64,000 nucleotides of DNA from a virus: IMG/VR virus record IMGVR_UViG_3300028384_000991, positions 1 to 64,000 of that record, one strand, 5' to 3'. Every line of letters starts with the position of its first letter. The first letter of the stretch is position 1. Both the position numbers and the translations under genes were made by a program. The notes under the pieces are model-generated. The model searched no databases. It saw nothing but the letters and a program-made list of their open reading frames with translations, and was not told the DNA's origin. Positions 44,013 through 54,901 of the stretch are shown in pieces.

Positions 44013-45491
44013 ATGGCATATATTATTAATAGAACTGATGGGTCACAAATTGCAGTAGTAGAAGACGGTACCGTCGATCAAACTACTGATTTGAAACTTG
44101 TTGGTAAAAACTATGCTGGTTATGGTGAAATCCAAAACGAAAATTTCGTACACTTACTTGAAAACTTTGCAAGTGCTAATTCACCATCCAGAGCAATTAG
44201 AGGTCAAATTTGGTTTGATTCAGGTGTAAGCAAACTAAAATTTTATGACGGTACAAAATTTAGAACAACAGGCGGGGCTGAAGTAAGTTCTACACAACCA
44301 TCAGGTTTAACTGAAGGTGATTTTTGGTGGGATAATTCAAACAACCAACTGTATGCAAACACTGGTGCAGGCTTTGTACTGATTGGTCCACAATCACAAG
44401 GTGATACAGTTACATCGTTTGTAACAGACACTATTAGAGATATTGCAAACGTTCAAAGAACAGTCATTAAAGGTACAGTAAATGATGAAGTAGTTGTTGT
44501 ACTTTCATCGTCAGACTTTACGATTGACTCATCCGACCCTGATAATGCCATAACAGGATTTGATGTCATTCACCAAGGTATGACCCTAAAGAATACAACC
44601 AATGCACAGCAAGGTGTTACATCAACTGGACACAGGTGGTGGGGTACTGCTACTAACTCAGAAAAACTTGGCGGCAGAGCGGCAAGTGAATACGTTGTAA
44701 GTATTCCAGGACAAGAATCAACATTTACAGAAATTGTTAGATTCTCAGATGCAGGTTTTACTGTAGGTGCTTCAAACGATTTACGTGTTGCTATTGAGAA
44801 TGACAATCAAGCAGTAATTTCAAATGAAGTTGGTACAGTAATTAGATTCAAAGTTGATAATGCACAAGCACAATCAACAGAGCCAGTACAAATCAAAGCA
44901 GAAGGAATTGTACCTGGTGCAAACAATACATATGATATTGGTACAAATGCTAATAAGTTTAGAGACATTTATGCTACACTGTTTAATGGAACTGCAACAG
45001 CGGCAAACGCCTTAGTAGTTGGTTCAAACAATAGAACAGCAAGTACAAGTGCTACTAACGATACTGTAGCAGTTAGAGATAGTTCGGGTAACATCAATGC
45101 TAACTTGTTCAACGGTACTGCAACAACTGCACGTTATGCTGACTTAGCAGAAAAATATACCACAGACGATGACTATCCTACAGGTACAGTTATGACAGTA
45201 AGTGCAAATGATGATGCTGAAACAACATATTGTGATATTGACGGTATGCCAATTGGTGTTATATCAGCAAAACCAGCGGTACTTATGAATGCTGAAGCAG
45301 AAGGACAAGCGATTGCACTTAAAGGTCGTGTTCCTCTCAGAGTTGTAGGTCCTGTAGCAAAAGGTGATAAATTATATGTAGGAGTGAACGGTACAGCACA
45401 AAAAGCCAATGAAGGTGAATTAGTAGGTGTTGCACTTGAATCAAACGACAGACATGAAGAAAAACTTGTTGAAGTCGTATTAAAAGTATAA
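44013..45491 (+). CDS. Tail fibre-like protein (paralog 3) with putative C-terminal autocleaving chaperone domain
   Basis: Same N-terminal module; ARYADLAEKY..GTV..GVIS..P..LMN..IALKGRVP..V.G...KGD C-terminus; TAAATA at 43983-43988. Confidence 0.7.
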   Translation: MAYIINRTDGSQIAVVEDGTVDQTTDLKLVGKNYAGYGEIQNENFVHLLENFASANSPSRAIRGQIWFDSGVSKLKFYDGTKFRTTGGAEVSSTQPSGLTEGDFWWDNSNNQLYANTGAGFVLIGPQSQGDTVTSFVTDTIRDIANVQRTVIKGTVNDEVVVVLSSSDFTIDSSDPDNAITGFDVIHQGMTLKNTTNAQQGVTSTGHRWWGTATNSEKLGGRAASEYVVSIPGQESTFTEIVRFSDAGFTVGASNDLRVAIENDNQAVISNEVGTVIRFKVDNAQAQSTEPVQIKAEGIVPGANNTYDIGTNANKFRDIYATLFNGTATAANALVVGSNNRTASTSATNDTVAVRDSSGNINANLFNGTATTARYADLAEKYTTDDDYPTGTVMTVSANDDAETTYCDIDGMPIGVISAKPAVLMNAEAEGQAIALKGRVPLRVVGPVAKGDKLYVGVNGTAQKANEGELVGVALESNDRHEEKLVEVVLKV

Positions 45492-45503
45492 AGGAAGTAG
45501 AAT

Positions 45504-46436
45504 ATGGCAATCATTACCGCGGCAAGATACAACGATTTACAAGCAAAGGTTGCTAACGTTTTAGGTAACGGTAGTGGACAGTTCGGATACGGACAAACAC
45601 TTGTAAGTTCACAGGTAGCGGCAGAAACAATTATTGACTCACAGCATATGTCAGACTTATACACTGACATCATCAATGCAAGAGTTCATCAAGTAGGTAG
45701 TGTGCCACAATCACTTGCAACTATTTCCGCAGGTCAAGTAATTGAAGAAGACGGAACCGATACAGGAACCAACAGAGGTGTTATCCAATACGAAGATATG
45801 GCTGACACACTTGAAACAGACAAAGATTTAATTTACACTGCTGATACTTCACAAAGCACTATTACAGCACTTAAGACAAGTTCACAAAGAACAACTTCTT
45901 GGGCAGGTGTTATTGATCATGTTGTAACAGTGACTTTTGCAAGTGCAGATGCACGTAGACACTTTTTTAATGCAGGTGGTGAAATTAGATTTACAGCAGA
46001 TTTAGATCCTTCAGCATCAAACGGTAAAAACAACGACTGGAATAATTTATTGGCCGCTATGGGTACAGCAAAGTTTAAATCCAACGGTTGTGCATCAGAT
46101 GGTTCTGCTCCGGGAACTGATTTAGGTATTGGTAACTTTGATCTTACAGATACATATCAAACAATATTCCAAAAAGACGGTAGCGGTGTATATGCAGAAA
46201 ACGATTACAACATTGCCGCAAAAGAAAACAGTTCATCAATAATCCAATTTAGAATTCAATTTAGAGATGATGATGTAGGTGATGATGCCGGCGATTCAAA
46301 CAACGACGGTGCTATCAATCCAATCGATGAAAGTGTAACAGGTACTTTGGACAGTATTGTAGGTGAAAGACTTCCTACAGGTACAAGAGTATCACTTCCA
46401 TCACCAACTTTTGCAACCACAAACAATCTAACATAA
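45504..46436 (+). CDS. Virion structural protein (fibre-associated)
   Basis: GYGQ, VTFASADARRHFFNAGGEIRF; Thr/Ser/Gly-rich; in the fibre operon. Confidence 0.6.
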   Translation: MAIITAARYNDLQAKVANVLGNGSGQFGYGQTLVSSQVAAETIIDSQHMSDLYTDIINARVHQVGSVPQSLATISAGQVIEEDGTDTGTNRGVIQYEDMADTLETDKDLIYTADTSQSTITALKTSSQRTTSWAGVIDHVVTVTFASADARRHFFNAGGEIRFTADLDPSASNGKNNDWNNLLAAMGTAKFKSNGCASDGSAPGTDLGIGNFDLTDTYQTIFQKDGSGVYAENDYNIAAKENSSSIIQFRIQFRDDDVGDDAGDSNNDGAINPIDESVTGTLDSIVGERLPTGTRVSLPSPTFATTNNLT

Positions 46437-46461
46437 TAATCTACATAGTAAATACTTTACT

Positions 46462-46803
46462 ATGGACGAGAAACTTCAAAAAGCCTTAGAGTTTGGCAAT
46501 TACAGCACGACTCTTGAAAATCAAAAGCGTATGTTACACGAAAAGTTTGTAACAGATACTATCTATTTTCATTCAGGTGGTCAATTTACAATTAACAAAG
46601 AACTAATAAACTTTGTTTTTATGTTACAACAAACAGGTCAAGACACATCTGTTATTGTTGATGATAACAATATTCCTATTGAAGTCGATGTAAATCAGTT
46701 TTTAGAAAATATATCAGATAAATTTTTCACAGCATCTAACGAATATCATACAGCATTTAAGAAGTTACAAACAAGTAGGTCGGTAGACGGTTTAACAGAA
46801 TGA
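46462..46803 (+). CDS. Hypothetical protein, possible fibre assembly chaperone
   Basis: 113 aa; TAAATA at 46449-46454; first gene of a translationally coupled run. Confidence 0.55.
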   Translation: MDEKLQKALEFGNYSTTLENQKRMLHEKFVTDTIYFHSGGQFTINKELINFVFMLQQTGQDTSVIVDDNNIPIEVDVNQFLENISDKFFTASNEYHTAFKKLQTSRSVDGLTE

Positions 46804-47621
46804 CATCTGGTGTATTATTATTTGCATATAACAACGAACAGATAGATTATGTTGCACAGGCTTGCTTTTTAGCAAAGCGTATCAAGCAATATATGAATCT
46901 ACCAACAACTCTTGTTACAGACGATAAAGAGCGTGTTCTAAAATTCTATAACGGTGCAGAAGTATTTGATCAAATTATTACATCCGACATTATTCGTAAA
47001 AATAAAAAAACATATCATGATGGAAGTTTATCAAAAAAGGTATTAGACTTTAAAAATTTCAATAGAAGTGATGCATATGATCTTACTCCGTATGACAAAA
47101 CACTAATTATGGATACGGATTATATTATTTCAAATAGTCTATTAGCAAATTGCTTTGATAGTGCAAATGATCTAATGATGTATTCGACTTGTATGGATAT
47201 ATCAGGTTGGAGAGATGAGGATGAATTTCATTATATTAGTGAAACAAGTATAAAATTTTATTGGGCAACTTGTGTTTACTTTACAAAAAATAAAAGAAAC
47301 AAAGCATTCTTTGATTTTGTAAAACACATCAAAGAAAACTATCAGCATTATAGAAACTTATACCAAATAACAAGCACAGTATTTAGAAACGATTATGCAT
47401 TTAGTATTGCGGCTCACGTATTAGGTCATGTAAAAGAACTTCCAGGTACTATGATCTATAGCACACACAAAGATATATTACAAAATATACACAATGACGA
47501 AATAAAGTTACTTGTAGAAAAGTATGATAGGGTTGGTGAGTATACATTATTAAAATCTACCGGCTTAAATGTACACGTTATGAATAAGTTTAGTTTGAAT
47601 AGGGAAATGATCAATGCCTAA
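46800..47621 (+). CDS. GT-A fold glycosyltransferase-like protein
   Basis: GVLLFAYN, AYDLTPYDKTLIMDTDY (DxD), FRND, HVMNK. Confidence 0.7.
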   Translation: MTSGVLLFAYNNEQIDYVAQACFLAKRIKQYMNLPTTLVTDDKERVLKFYNGAEVFDQIITSDIIRKNKKTYHDGSLSKKVLDFKNFNRSDAYDLTPYDKTLIMDTDYIISNSLLANCFDSANDLMMYSTCMDISGWRDEDEFHYISETSIKFYWATCVYFTKNKRNKAFFDFVKHIKENYQHYRNLYQITSTVFRNDYAFSIAAHVLGHVKELPGTMIYSTHKDILQNIHNDEIKLLVEKYDRVGEYTLLKSTGLNVHVMNKFSLNREMINA

Positions 47622-48447
47622 TTTTACATTTCTTGCACAAAACAATGACCAAGATAATTATATACGCCAAGCAGAATTGTTGGCAATGAGTATTCGCCAG
47701 TCAAATCCTGACAGTAAGATTTGTTTAATAACAAATGAAGATACCGAATGGATCAAAGAACATCTGTTTGATGACATTGTACCTATTCCGTGGGAAGATA
47801 AAGCAGACGAACACAAATGGAAGGTACAAAATAGATGGAAAATTTATCATGCTTGTCCGTACGATGAAACTTTTGTATTAGATACTGATATGTTAGTGTT
47901 ACATGATTTAACTAATTGGTGGAAACTAATGCAAAATTATGAAGTATTTTACACAACAAATGTTACAGATTATAAACAATGTAAACTAAACACAACATAT
48001 TATAGAAAAATGTTTATTCAAAATGATTTACCAGACATTTATGTAGCATTACACTATTTTAAAAAATCAGACTTTGCAAAAAAGTTCTATACTTGCTTAG
48101 AAGAAGTAATGAAGAACTGGGAATACTATTATGAAAAGTATGCTCCTAAAAAAATGCAAAAATTTTTAAGTGTTGATGTGTGTACAGCAATTACTATTAG
48201 GGTATTAGGGGTTGAAGATAAAGTAACTAACACTGTAACACCGTTTCCTACTTTTGTACACATGAAACCTTATGCACAACCTTGGAAAACACAAACTAAA
48301 AAATGGCAGGATAGAATTACTTGTTTTGTAAATGATGATAAACAAATGCGTGTTGGCGGACATTTACAAAATACTGTTTTTCATTATACTGAAAAAGACT
48401 TTACGGAGAAATTTTATGACAGATTCAATTATACAGTTTCCTGTTAA
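47614..48447 (+). CDS. GT-A fold glycosyltransferase-like protein (paralog of the previous gene)
   Basis: IYHACPYDETFVLDTDML (DxD), FVHMK, FHY. Confidence 0.7.
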   Translation: MPNFTFLAQNNDQDNYIRQAELLAMSIRQSNPDSKICLITNEDTEWIKEHLFDDIVPIPWEDKADEHKWKVQNRWKIYHACPYDETFVLDTDMLVLHDLTNWWKLMQNYEVFYTTNVTDYKQCKLNTTYYRKMFIQNDLPDIYVALHYFKKSDFAKKFYTCLEEVMKNWEYYYEKYAPKKMQKFLSVDVCTAITIRVLGVEDKVTNTVTPFPTFVHMKPYAQPWKTQTKKWQDRITCFVNDDKQMRVGGHLQNTVFHYTEKDFTEKFYDRFNYTVSC

Positions 48448-48979
48448 GGCTACAAAATTAAAAGAACATAGTTCAATCAAGCAAGAATTATTAAATGAAA
48501 TAAATTCAACTACACTTGTTGAAAATATCTTTGGACCTAATAATAATATTACGCGATGCGATTGGGGACCAGGAAGGTACAACCCAGATAGAGCATGGTT
48601 AAAATGTTTACAGTTTCCTTTGAATGAACACTTGAAACAATGGAGTAAAGGATTTAATTACGAAACATTTACAATTCATGAAATTTGGTTTCAGCAGTAT
48701 GCAAAAGAAGCAAAACATTCATGGCACGTGCATGGTTGTAACTTTACAAGTGTATATTACTTAGACTTACCCGAAGATACTCCTAAGACACAATGGTTAG
48801 ATCCTATAACTGGACAAGAATGTGACTTTGAGGTTAGCGAAGGCGATATTATTACTTTTCCGAGTTGGACAATTCATAGAGCGCCAGTAAATGAAACTGA
48901 CAAAATTAAAACAATTATATCATGGAATATGGATGTAGATATAAGTGATTACTTTAGGACAGAAAATGATCAAAGATAA
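48416..48979 (+). CDS. 2OG-Fe(II) oxygenase superfamily protein (HxH type)
   Basis: WFQQY..HSWHVH..SVYYL..GDIITFPSWTIH..IISWN; start moved to ATG 48416 (GGAG SD). Confidence 0.75.
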   Translation: MTDSIIQFPVKATKLKEHSSIKQELLNEINSTTLVENIFGPNNNITRCDWGPGRYNPDRAWLKCLQFPLNEHLKQWSKGFNYETFTIHEIWFQQYAKEAKHSWHVHGCNFTSVYYLDLPEDTPKTQWLDPITGQECDFEVSEGDIITFPSWTIHRAPVNETDKIKTIISWNMDVDISDYFRTENDQR

Positions 48980-49520
48980 CGTAGCAACATATGTAGAGTT
49001 TGATCCTAAGTCGGGAGATTTGCTTAGTATCACAAGTTATCCTAATACAGAAAATTATATTGAAGTAGAATGGGATAAGGTTGAAGGTCTTGCAAATGGC
49101 GGAGAAAAATTTAAACACTATAAAGTTGTTTTTAATACAACATCTTTGATGTATGAACTTGTTAACGTGTATGAGCAAACACATTTTGAATACAATGTTA
49201 ATAACAGTATGTATAAATTACATAAAAATACAAATGCAGACATAATTTTATGTAAAAATTACATAAAACAGCAATGGGAAATTAAGTTTGGTAAATTGTT
49301 TGAAAAAACATTAAAAGCCAACAACGTTACACTAAATTCTGTCAAAGATTTTAGTATTGTTAAGAAAAACGATCCGTTTGTTTTGTATAGAGCATTAAAA
49401 TTTAATATGAGTTCTGATAATTTAGTCTTGCAATTTAACGATAGTGATGCTATAATGGACTTTGATGTTTATACAAATAAAATGTTCAATAGTTATGGAG
49501 TAGAAGTTGTCAAAGATTAA
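48966..49520 (+). CDS. Hypothetical protein
   Basis: ORF coupled on both sides; ATG 48966 follows AGGA. Confidence 0.6.
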   Translation: MIKDNVATYVEFDPKSGDLLSITSYPNTENYIEVEWDKVEGLANGGEKFKHYKVVFNTTSLMYELVNVYEQTHFEYNVNNSMYKLHKNTNADIILCKNYIKQQWEIKFGKLFEKTLKANNVTLNSVKDFSIVKKNDPFVLYRALKFNMSSDNLVLQFNDSDAIMDFDVYTNKMFNSYGVEVVKD

Positions 49521-50394
49521 AATACAAGATGTTGATATTATTTTCTTAAGTTATGACGAACCTAATGCTGAAGAAAATTGGGCAGATCTACAACGTAAAA
49601 TTCCGTGGGCAAAGAGAGTACATGGTGTAGAAGGTTCAGACGCCGCACACAAAGCCTGTGCAGACTTGTCAGAAACAAAACACTTTGTTACAGTAGACGG
49701 TGATACTATTGTAGACCCTAAGTTTATGCAAGTAGAATTAGATTTAGACAAATTAAATGTTGATGACGATTATCAATTCAGTTGGTGCGGAAAAATTGAA
49801 GCAAACGGACTTATGTATGGCAACGGCAGTTTAAAAATGTGGACAAAAGATTTTGTCAAGAATATGAAAACACATGAAAACACTGACGGCACCGATGAAA
49901 CAAGTATTGAATTTTGTTACTTTGACAACTATTATCAATTAAATGAAAACTACAGTACAAGTATTATTACTTCAACACCACAACAAGCCTGGAGAGCAGG
50001 ATTCCGTGAAGGTGTTAAGATGTCATTGGATAGAGGAAAGCCTGTAGAAGATATTAATACACTATGGTGGCAGAATAAACATAGATTATATATTTGGCAA
50101 ATGGTAGGTTGTGATATTCCAAATGGTATTTGGGCAGTATATGGTGCTCGCCTTGGTACATATATGAATATGTGTACAGAATGGGATCATACACAAACAA
50201 GAGATTTTACATATCTAAACAATCTATGGAAAGAACACGAAAGCATAGATGTTGCAGAAGAATGTAAAGAGTTAGGAAAAAAATTAATTAACGAATTAGA
50301 TTTGCCTATTGCTGTAGTGCCATTTGATAAATTACAAAGTGAATTTTTTAAAACTGTTTATCTAAACAGTGATAGAGTGATTAGACGTAAATGA
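49507..50394 (+). CDS. Glycosyltransferase-like protein (GT-A, VDGD)
   Basis: DIIFLSYDEPNAEENW, AHKACA, FVTVDGD, YGNG, AWRAGFRE; paralog of 58434-59120. Confidence 0.6.
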   Translation: MSKIKIQDVDIIFLSYDEPNAEENWADLQRKIPWAKRVHGVEGSDAAHKACADLSETKHFVTVDGDTIVDPKFMQVELDLDKLNVDDDYQFSWCGKIEANGLMYGNGSLKMWTKDFVKNMKTHENTDGTDETSIEFCYFDNYYQLNENYSTSIITSTPQQAWRAGFREGVKMSLDRGKPVEDINTLWWQNKHRLYIWQMVGCDIPNGIWAVYGARLGTYMNMCTEWDHTQTRDFTYLNNLWKEHESIDVAEECKELGKKLINELDLPIAVVPFDKLQSEFFKTVYLNSDRVIRRK

Positions 50395-51770
50395 GCGAAG
50401 TAGATAGAATCAAGCAAATTATGCCTGAGATTGATAAAATCTCTCCTACGTTCTGCTTGGCTAAATGGCATCATGTTACTATCTATTTGCAAACAGGTGA
50501 AACACACAGTTGTTATCATCCAGCGCCTCATAAGATTCCGTTAGAAGGATTAATTGATAATCCAAGTCAGTTACATAACACTCCGCAAAAAAAGCAAGAA
50601 CGTAAACAAATGCTTGACGGAGAAAAACCAAGCGGTTGTCAATACTGTTGGAATATTGAATGTATGGGCAAAGACTATGTAAGCGACAGGCATATTAAAA
50701 CAGCAAGTATATATAGGCCAGATCGCATAGAAGAAATTACCAGTAACCCGTGGGATTATGATATCAACCCCGAGTATATTGAAGTAAACTTTAGTAACGA
50801 ATGTAATTTTAAGTGTGGTTACTGTCATCCTAAGTTTAGTACAAGTTACTTTAACGAAATTAAAAAGCACGGACCATATACTAAAAGCACAGCACATCGT
50901 AATGATATTGATTGGTTTGAATTGTATGAAGAAAGTGCAAACCCTTATGTAGACGCATGGTGGAAATGGTGGCCTGAAGTTTCCAAGACTCTTAATATTT
51001 TAAGAATTACAGGAGGTGAGCCTTTAATGCATAAGAGTACTTGGAGGCTTTTTGACGAACTTGAAAACAATCCTAAGCCTCATATCCAAATAGAACTTAA
51101 CAGTAATATGGGTGTAAAAGATAAACTTGTTAAAAAACTTGTCGAGCGTATTAAGTTACTAAAAGAAAAAAATTGTATTAGAAGTTTTAAATTGTATACA
51201 AGTATTGATACTTGGGGACCTCGTGCAAGTTATACACGTAGAGGACTTGACTTAGGATTATGGGAACGTAACCTTGATTATTATCTTAAAAATCTTGGTT
51301 ATCCTGTAACATTTATGATTACGTTTAATTTATTTGCAGTTACAAGTTTTGATAGGCTACTTAAAAAGATTTTAGAATGGCGCAGTAAGTATAACAAAAA
51401 TAATTTAACACAATGGCAAAATATTAGATTTGATACTCCGTATTTAAAAGAGCCAATCCAATTTGATATGAATATACTTCCTAAAGAAAAATTTATGCCT
51501 TATATGGAAAAGCATTTAAAATTTATTGCAGAAAATGTAGATGATGCAGATAAAACAAAATTTAGTCTGTTAGAGTATGAGCGTTTTCGTAGAGTAGTTG
51601 ATTATATGAGAACTACAGAATACAATGATGAAAAATTACTTGACGGCCATAAAAATTTTTATAATTGGTTTACAGAGTATGATAAACGTAGTAATACTAA
51701 CATAACTGAAATATTTCCTGAGTTAGAAGATTTTTATATTAGTTGTAAATCTAAAGTACTACCTGATTAG
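50391..51770 (+). CDS. Radical SAM protein with N-terminal Cys-rich (twitch/SPASM-like) domain
   Basis: CNFKCGYC, TGGEP; N-terminal FC..W..SCYH..CQYC. Confidence 0.85.
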   Translation: MSEVDRIKQIMPEIDKISPTFCLAKWHHVTIYLQTGETHSCYHPAPHKIPLEGLIDNPSQLHNTPQKKQERKQMLDGEKPSGCQYCWNIECMGKDYVSDRHIKTASIYRPDRIEEITSNPWDYDINPEYIEVNFSNECNFKCGYCHPKFSTSYFNEIKKHGPYTKSTAHRNDIDWFELYEESANPYVDAWWKWWPEVSKTLNILRITGGEPLMHKSTWRLFDELENNPKPHIQIELNSNMGVKDKLVKKLVERIKLLKEKNCIRSFKLYTSIDTWGPRASYTRRGLDLGLWERNLDYYLKNLGYPVTFMITFNLFAVTSFDRLLKKILEWRSKYNKNNLTQWQNIRFDTPYLKEPIQFDMNILPKEKFMPYMEKHLKFIAENVDDADKTKFSLLEYERFRRVVDYMRTTEYNDEKLLDGHKNFYNWFTEYDKRSNTNITEIFPELEDFYISCKSKVLPD

Positions 51771-52776
51771 TATAGATTTTATAAGCGAGTTTTTGATTGT
51801 GTTCTAATATTTCATTCATCTCTTCAAGCATTATTTTACAATCATCAATACTTAACATTTTAATACTGTCTAACAAATGGCGTATCTTATTCATACGCTT
51901 AGTATGATCTTCTTCAGTATCGTAACTTTCGTCCCATGTAAATGTTTTAAATCCTAACTTGCGTATATACTCTAATGTATAAGGTGGTGCAACACATATG
52001 AAAGGGCGTTTGTGTATCATTGCATTTACAGTTTTTTCGCTGAAGTTTCCTGTAGGTTGATAAAAACGTGTTTCGTTAGCAACTACACAAAAACTTTTTT
52101 CATAGTATGTAGACAAACTACCTGGACCATTATTTTCTCCTTCAGGCCATTTTTTATGTGCCGGATCTATACTTTTTAATTGTGTATCAATACTTAACGG
52201 TGGTTCGGCAAATGCCCAACTATAATAACCCGGAGTGTCTTGTAGGTGTTCTATAATTAACCGTCTATGCAAACTATATCGCCAATTGGGACATATAAAA
52301 TGTTTCTCAATATTATTTCGTACAGTAATACTTCCGCCATTAAATTGATTACGCAAAAATATATCAAAGCATTTAAGTGTAAACGGGTAATCTGTAATAT
52401 GTTTTTCTACATTATAATCACACGTATATACAGTTATATTTGCATTTAGTTTTTTTGAAAATTCTTCTATGCTATCTAATTCGTCAGCACGTAGTTTTTC
52501 TCCGCCTTTGAATTCTGAGAAAAATTGTCTATTGTGTGTGGTTCCTTCTTGGTATAAACTTAATGGCTCGTATAAAAATATATCTAAAGTTTTTAATTTA
52601 CTAATTAATTTTTTAGATAAAGGAATGCTACTAAAGTCTATCTTATTTGTTCCTGTAAAAATAATATAAGGTCTGTTAGGCTTCCAATGTCTAAACAATT
52701 CATGAAACATTTTTCCACGTTTATCACGAATTGCTTTGATTGGTAGATTACCCCAGAAGATATCTTGTTTGAACAT
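51751..52776 (-). CDS. Putative GT-B-like glycosyltransferase (E-K motif family)
   Basis: VVANET..FSEKT..PFI..LGFKTF..DESYD; paralog of 55518-56468. Confidence 0.5.
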   Translation of the reverse strand: MFKQDIFWGNLPIKAIRDKRGKMFHELFRHWKPNRPYIIFTGTNKIDFSSIPLSKKLISKLKTLDIFLYEPLSLYQEGTTHNRQFFSEFKGGEKLRADELDSIEEFSKKLNANITVYTCDYNVEKHITDYPFTLKCFDIFLRNQFNGGSITVRNNIEKHFICPNWRYSLHRRLIIEHLQDTPGYYSWAFAEPPLSIDTQLKSIDPAHKKWPEGENNGPGSLSTYYEKSFCVVANETRFYQPTGNFSEKTVNAMIHKRPFICVAPPYTLEYIRKLGFKTFTWDESYDTEEDHTKRMNKIRHLLDSIKMLSIDDCKIMLEEMNEILEHNQKLAYKIYTNQVVL

Positions 52777-53270
52777 TAGTAGTAGGTGCCTGTGATTTGT
52801 AGTGTGTATCTTGGTTCAACGCCAATGTTACTTGCGGCGTGTGGAGCATCCGGTGTCCATAAAACATATTCGCCTGCTTTGTAATTTACAACACCGTTAC
52901 CTTCAACTTCGAAATAGTGTCCCGGCTTCCATTCTTCTAAGAATACAATAGCACGTCTTACTTCTTTTCTATCTTTGTTAAACACTTTGCAATATGTGTT
53001 AAAATGATCAGTATGCACAGGCATAATATCTAATGTGTCCATTCTGTAAAAAACAAATCCAGGATTACGTAAATTCAATAAAGAAGCAACTTTATCTACC
53101 CATTCCGGCATTGGATTTCTACTATCATACATTTTACCTGTAGTAGTATCATGTGTATAACCTTGTTTACGCCAAGTTTCTGCTTCTTCACCTGTAATAG
53201 GTTGTCTTACGTAATCAAAATTTTTGTATTCTTCGTCCCATAAAATAGGAAGGAAACCTCTATAAAACAT
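52776..53270 (-). CDS. 2OG-Fe(II) oxygenase/cupin
   Basis: MPVHTD...PHAASNIG..PRYTLQITG; start ATG 53270 (alternatively TTG 53279). Confidence 0.75.
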   Translation of the reverse strand: MFYRGFLPILWDEEYKNFDYVRQPITGEEAETWRKQGYTHDTTTGKMYDSRNPMPEWVDKVASLLNLRNPGFVFYRMDTLDIMPVHTDHFNTYCKVFNKDRKEVRRAIVFLEEWKPGHYFEVEGNGVVNYKAGEYVLWTPDAPHAASNIGVEPRYTLQITGTYY

Positions 53271-54228
53271 CTCTTTCAATATCCAATGTTACGCAGTGAA
53301 ATCCACCGCCTAAAGTTCTTTGATGCCTCATTGGCAACATAGCACACTCAATGCCTTGTGCTTCGAGTGCTTTACGTAGTGGCTCTTGATGTTTTTCAAG
53401 TGCAACTAACTTAGTATTTACACTAAACAAGTTCATGTTAATCCATGTACTTGCATTGCACCAACCCGGATAGTGTCCTATATCAACTGGTTCTGGACAC
53501 CATAGTATATCCCAACTTCTAAACGGTTCTGGTAAATCGTCCTTGCTTTTTATTCTACTTGGATTAGCAAGTAGTAATCCTTCACGTAAAAATGCAACAG
53601 TGCTATCAATATGCATATAACTATAAACATCTTTTAGTAGATGAACTTTTGCTCTATCACCTAATGCATTTTGTAATAATGTTGCACCTAATTCATTACC
53701 ACTATTGCTTACAAGATATAAAACGTGTTCATTGGCACGGATAATATTAGCGGCGTCAAACGCAGGTTCAAAGTCTGTTAGTGCAAGAATGTCTTTGTTA
53801 CCGATACAATCTGTATTGTATAACTTACTTTCATAGTAGCATCTTACATTTCGAGGATCGTTTAAATGTTTCTCAAATGCTCGCCACTCGCCCTTTCTTG
53901 CTCTAATTGGCATAGGGGTTGCAAGTGTTAATTTATCGTGTACAAATACTGAGTCTCGAGGACAATAATTATAATAGTTACAATCAGTAGTATCAGGACG
54001 TACAACTTCAACTGATTCTCCTTTTAAAAAATCTACAAAGGTTTCTAAATCTTCGTTTGCTTCATCTATTACTTGTTGTGGGTAAGGTCCTTTTTGAATT
54101 TCGCTTTCGTCTGTTTTGTCTGCAAAATTTACACAGCGTAAACTTATATCTATGTCTGTAGGAATTTTTGCATTATCTGCAATACCAACAATTACTTTTT
54201 TAAGTTTACCCCATTCATTTTTAGACAT
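53260..54228 (-). CDS. Amidinotransferase (AGAT/StrB1 family)
   Basis: NEWGKLKKVIVG, YCPRD, FDAAN, HIDST, LGGGFHCVTLD (Asp-His-Cys triad). Confidence 0.9.
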   Translation of the reverse strand: MSKNEWGKLKKVIVGIADNAKIPTDIDISLRCVNFADKTDESEIQKGPYPQQVIDEANEDLETFVDFLKGESVEVVRPDTTDCNYYNYCPRDSVFVHDKLTLATPMPIRARKGEWRAFEKHLNDPRNVRCYYESKLYNTDCIGNKDILALTDFEPAFDAANIIRANEHVLYLVSNSGNELGATLLQNALGDRAKVHLLKDVYSYMHIDSTVAFLREGLLLANPSRIKSKDDLPEPFRSWDILWCPEPVDIGHYPGWCNASTWINMNLFSVNTKLVALEKHQEPLRKALEAQGIECAMLPMRHQRTLGGGFHCVTLDIERDVL

Positions 54229-54901
54229 ATGAAACTCTTCCAGGCCAATGTTCTAAAATAAGATCTTCTAATGTTAAATTATCCATTCTTGCATTTTCGC
54301 CTTTGATTTGTTGCACAATCGTTTCCATTTGTTGACACCAATCTTTGGTAGTTTGTTTTAATTTGTATCCGAGGTAAGGATAAATTGTTTTTTCAACATA
54401 ACGCATATGTTCTAATACACTGGGATGACTATCAGTTACATATACATTTTTTGTTGTAGGAAATATGTTTTCAGCACCTGGCAAATTTTTATCAACTTTA
54501 TCTTTGTGTCCTTGAAATAAATCTACGCCAAATGATTTTAAGTATGCATTAGTTTGTAATATTGCAGTTTTATTTCTAATTATATCGTTTTCTTCACTCC
54601 AGTGGTTACTTAGATATTCATCGCTGTAATAATCACTGTTTAAAATATTACCTTCAGTTACCCATTTGCCTTCTTTAAATAAATCAACTCTTTGCCAACT
54701 GCTCCATAAAATACAAACAAGATCGTCTTTGTTAAAGTTATGTTTTTCGTTTGCTTCAATAGTACGACAAGCAATACCTTGATTGCCCATGCCTGCTTTT
54801 GCATAATTATGATTTTCGCAGTCTAAATCTTTTGCAATTATATCACTCCATGTCGGCCAAATATATTCTGTGTACGAACACCCAAATGTAAAAAGTCTCA
54901 T
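54221..54901 (-). CDS. SGNH-like protein (GCS variant)
   Basis: FTFGCSYT, NYAKAGMGN, late DSHP. Confidence 0.55.
   Translation of the reverse strand: MRLFTFGCSYTEYIWPTWSDIIAKDLDCENHNYAKAGMGNQGIACRTIEANEKHNFNKDDLVCILWSSWQRVDLFKEGKWVTEGNILNSDYYSDEYLSNHWSEENDIIRNKTAILQTNAYLKSFGVDLFQGHKDKVDKNLPGAENIFPTTKNVYVTDSHPSVLEHMRYVEKTIYPYLGYKLKQTTKDWCQQMETIVQQIKGENARMDNLTLEDLILEHWPGRVSYV

Noticed and set aside
48332-48415. Upstream start of the 2OG oxygenase
   Set aside because: Lies inside the previous gene; ATG 48416 has a GGAG SD
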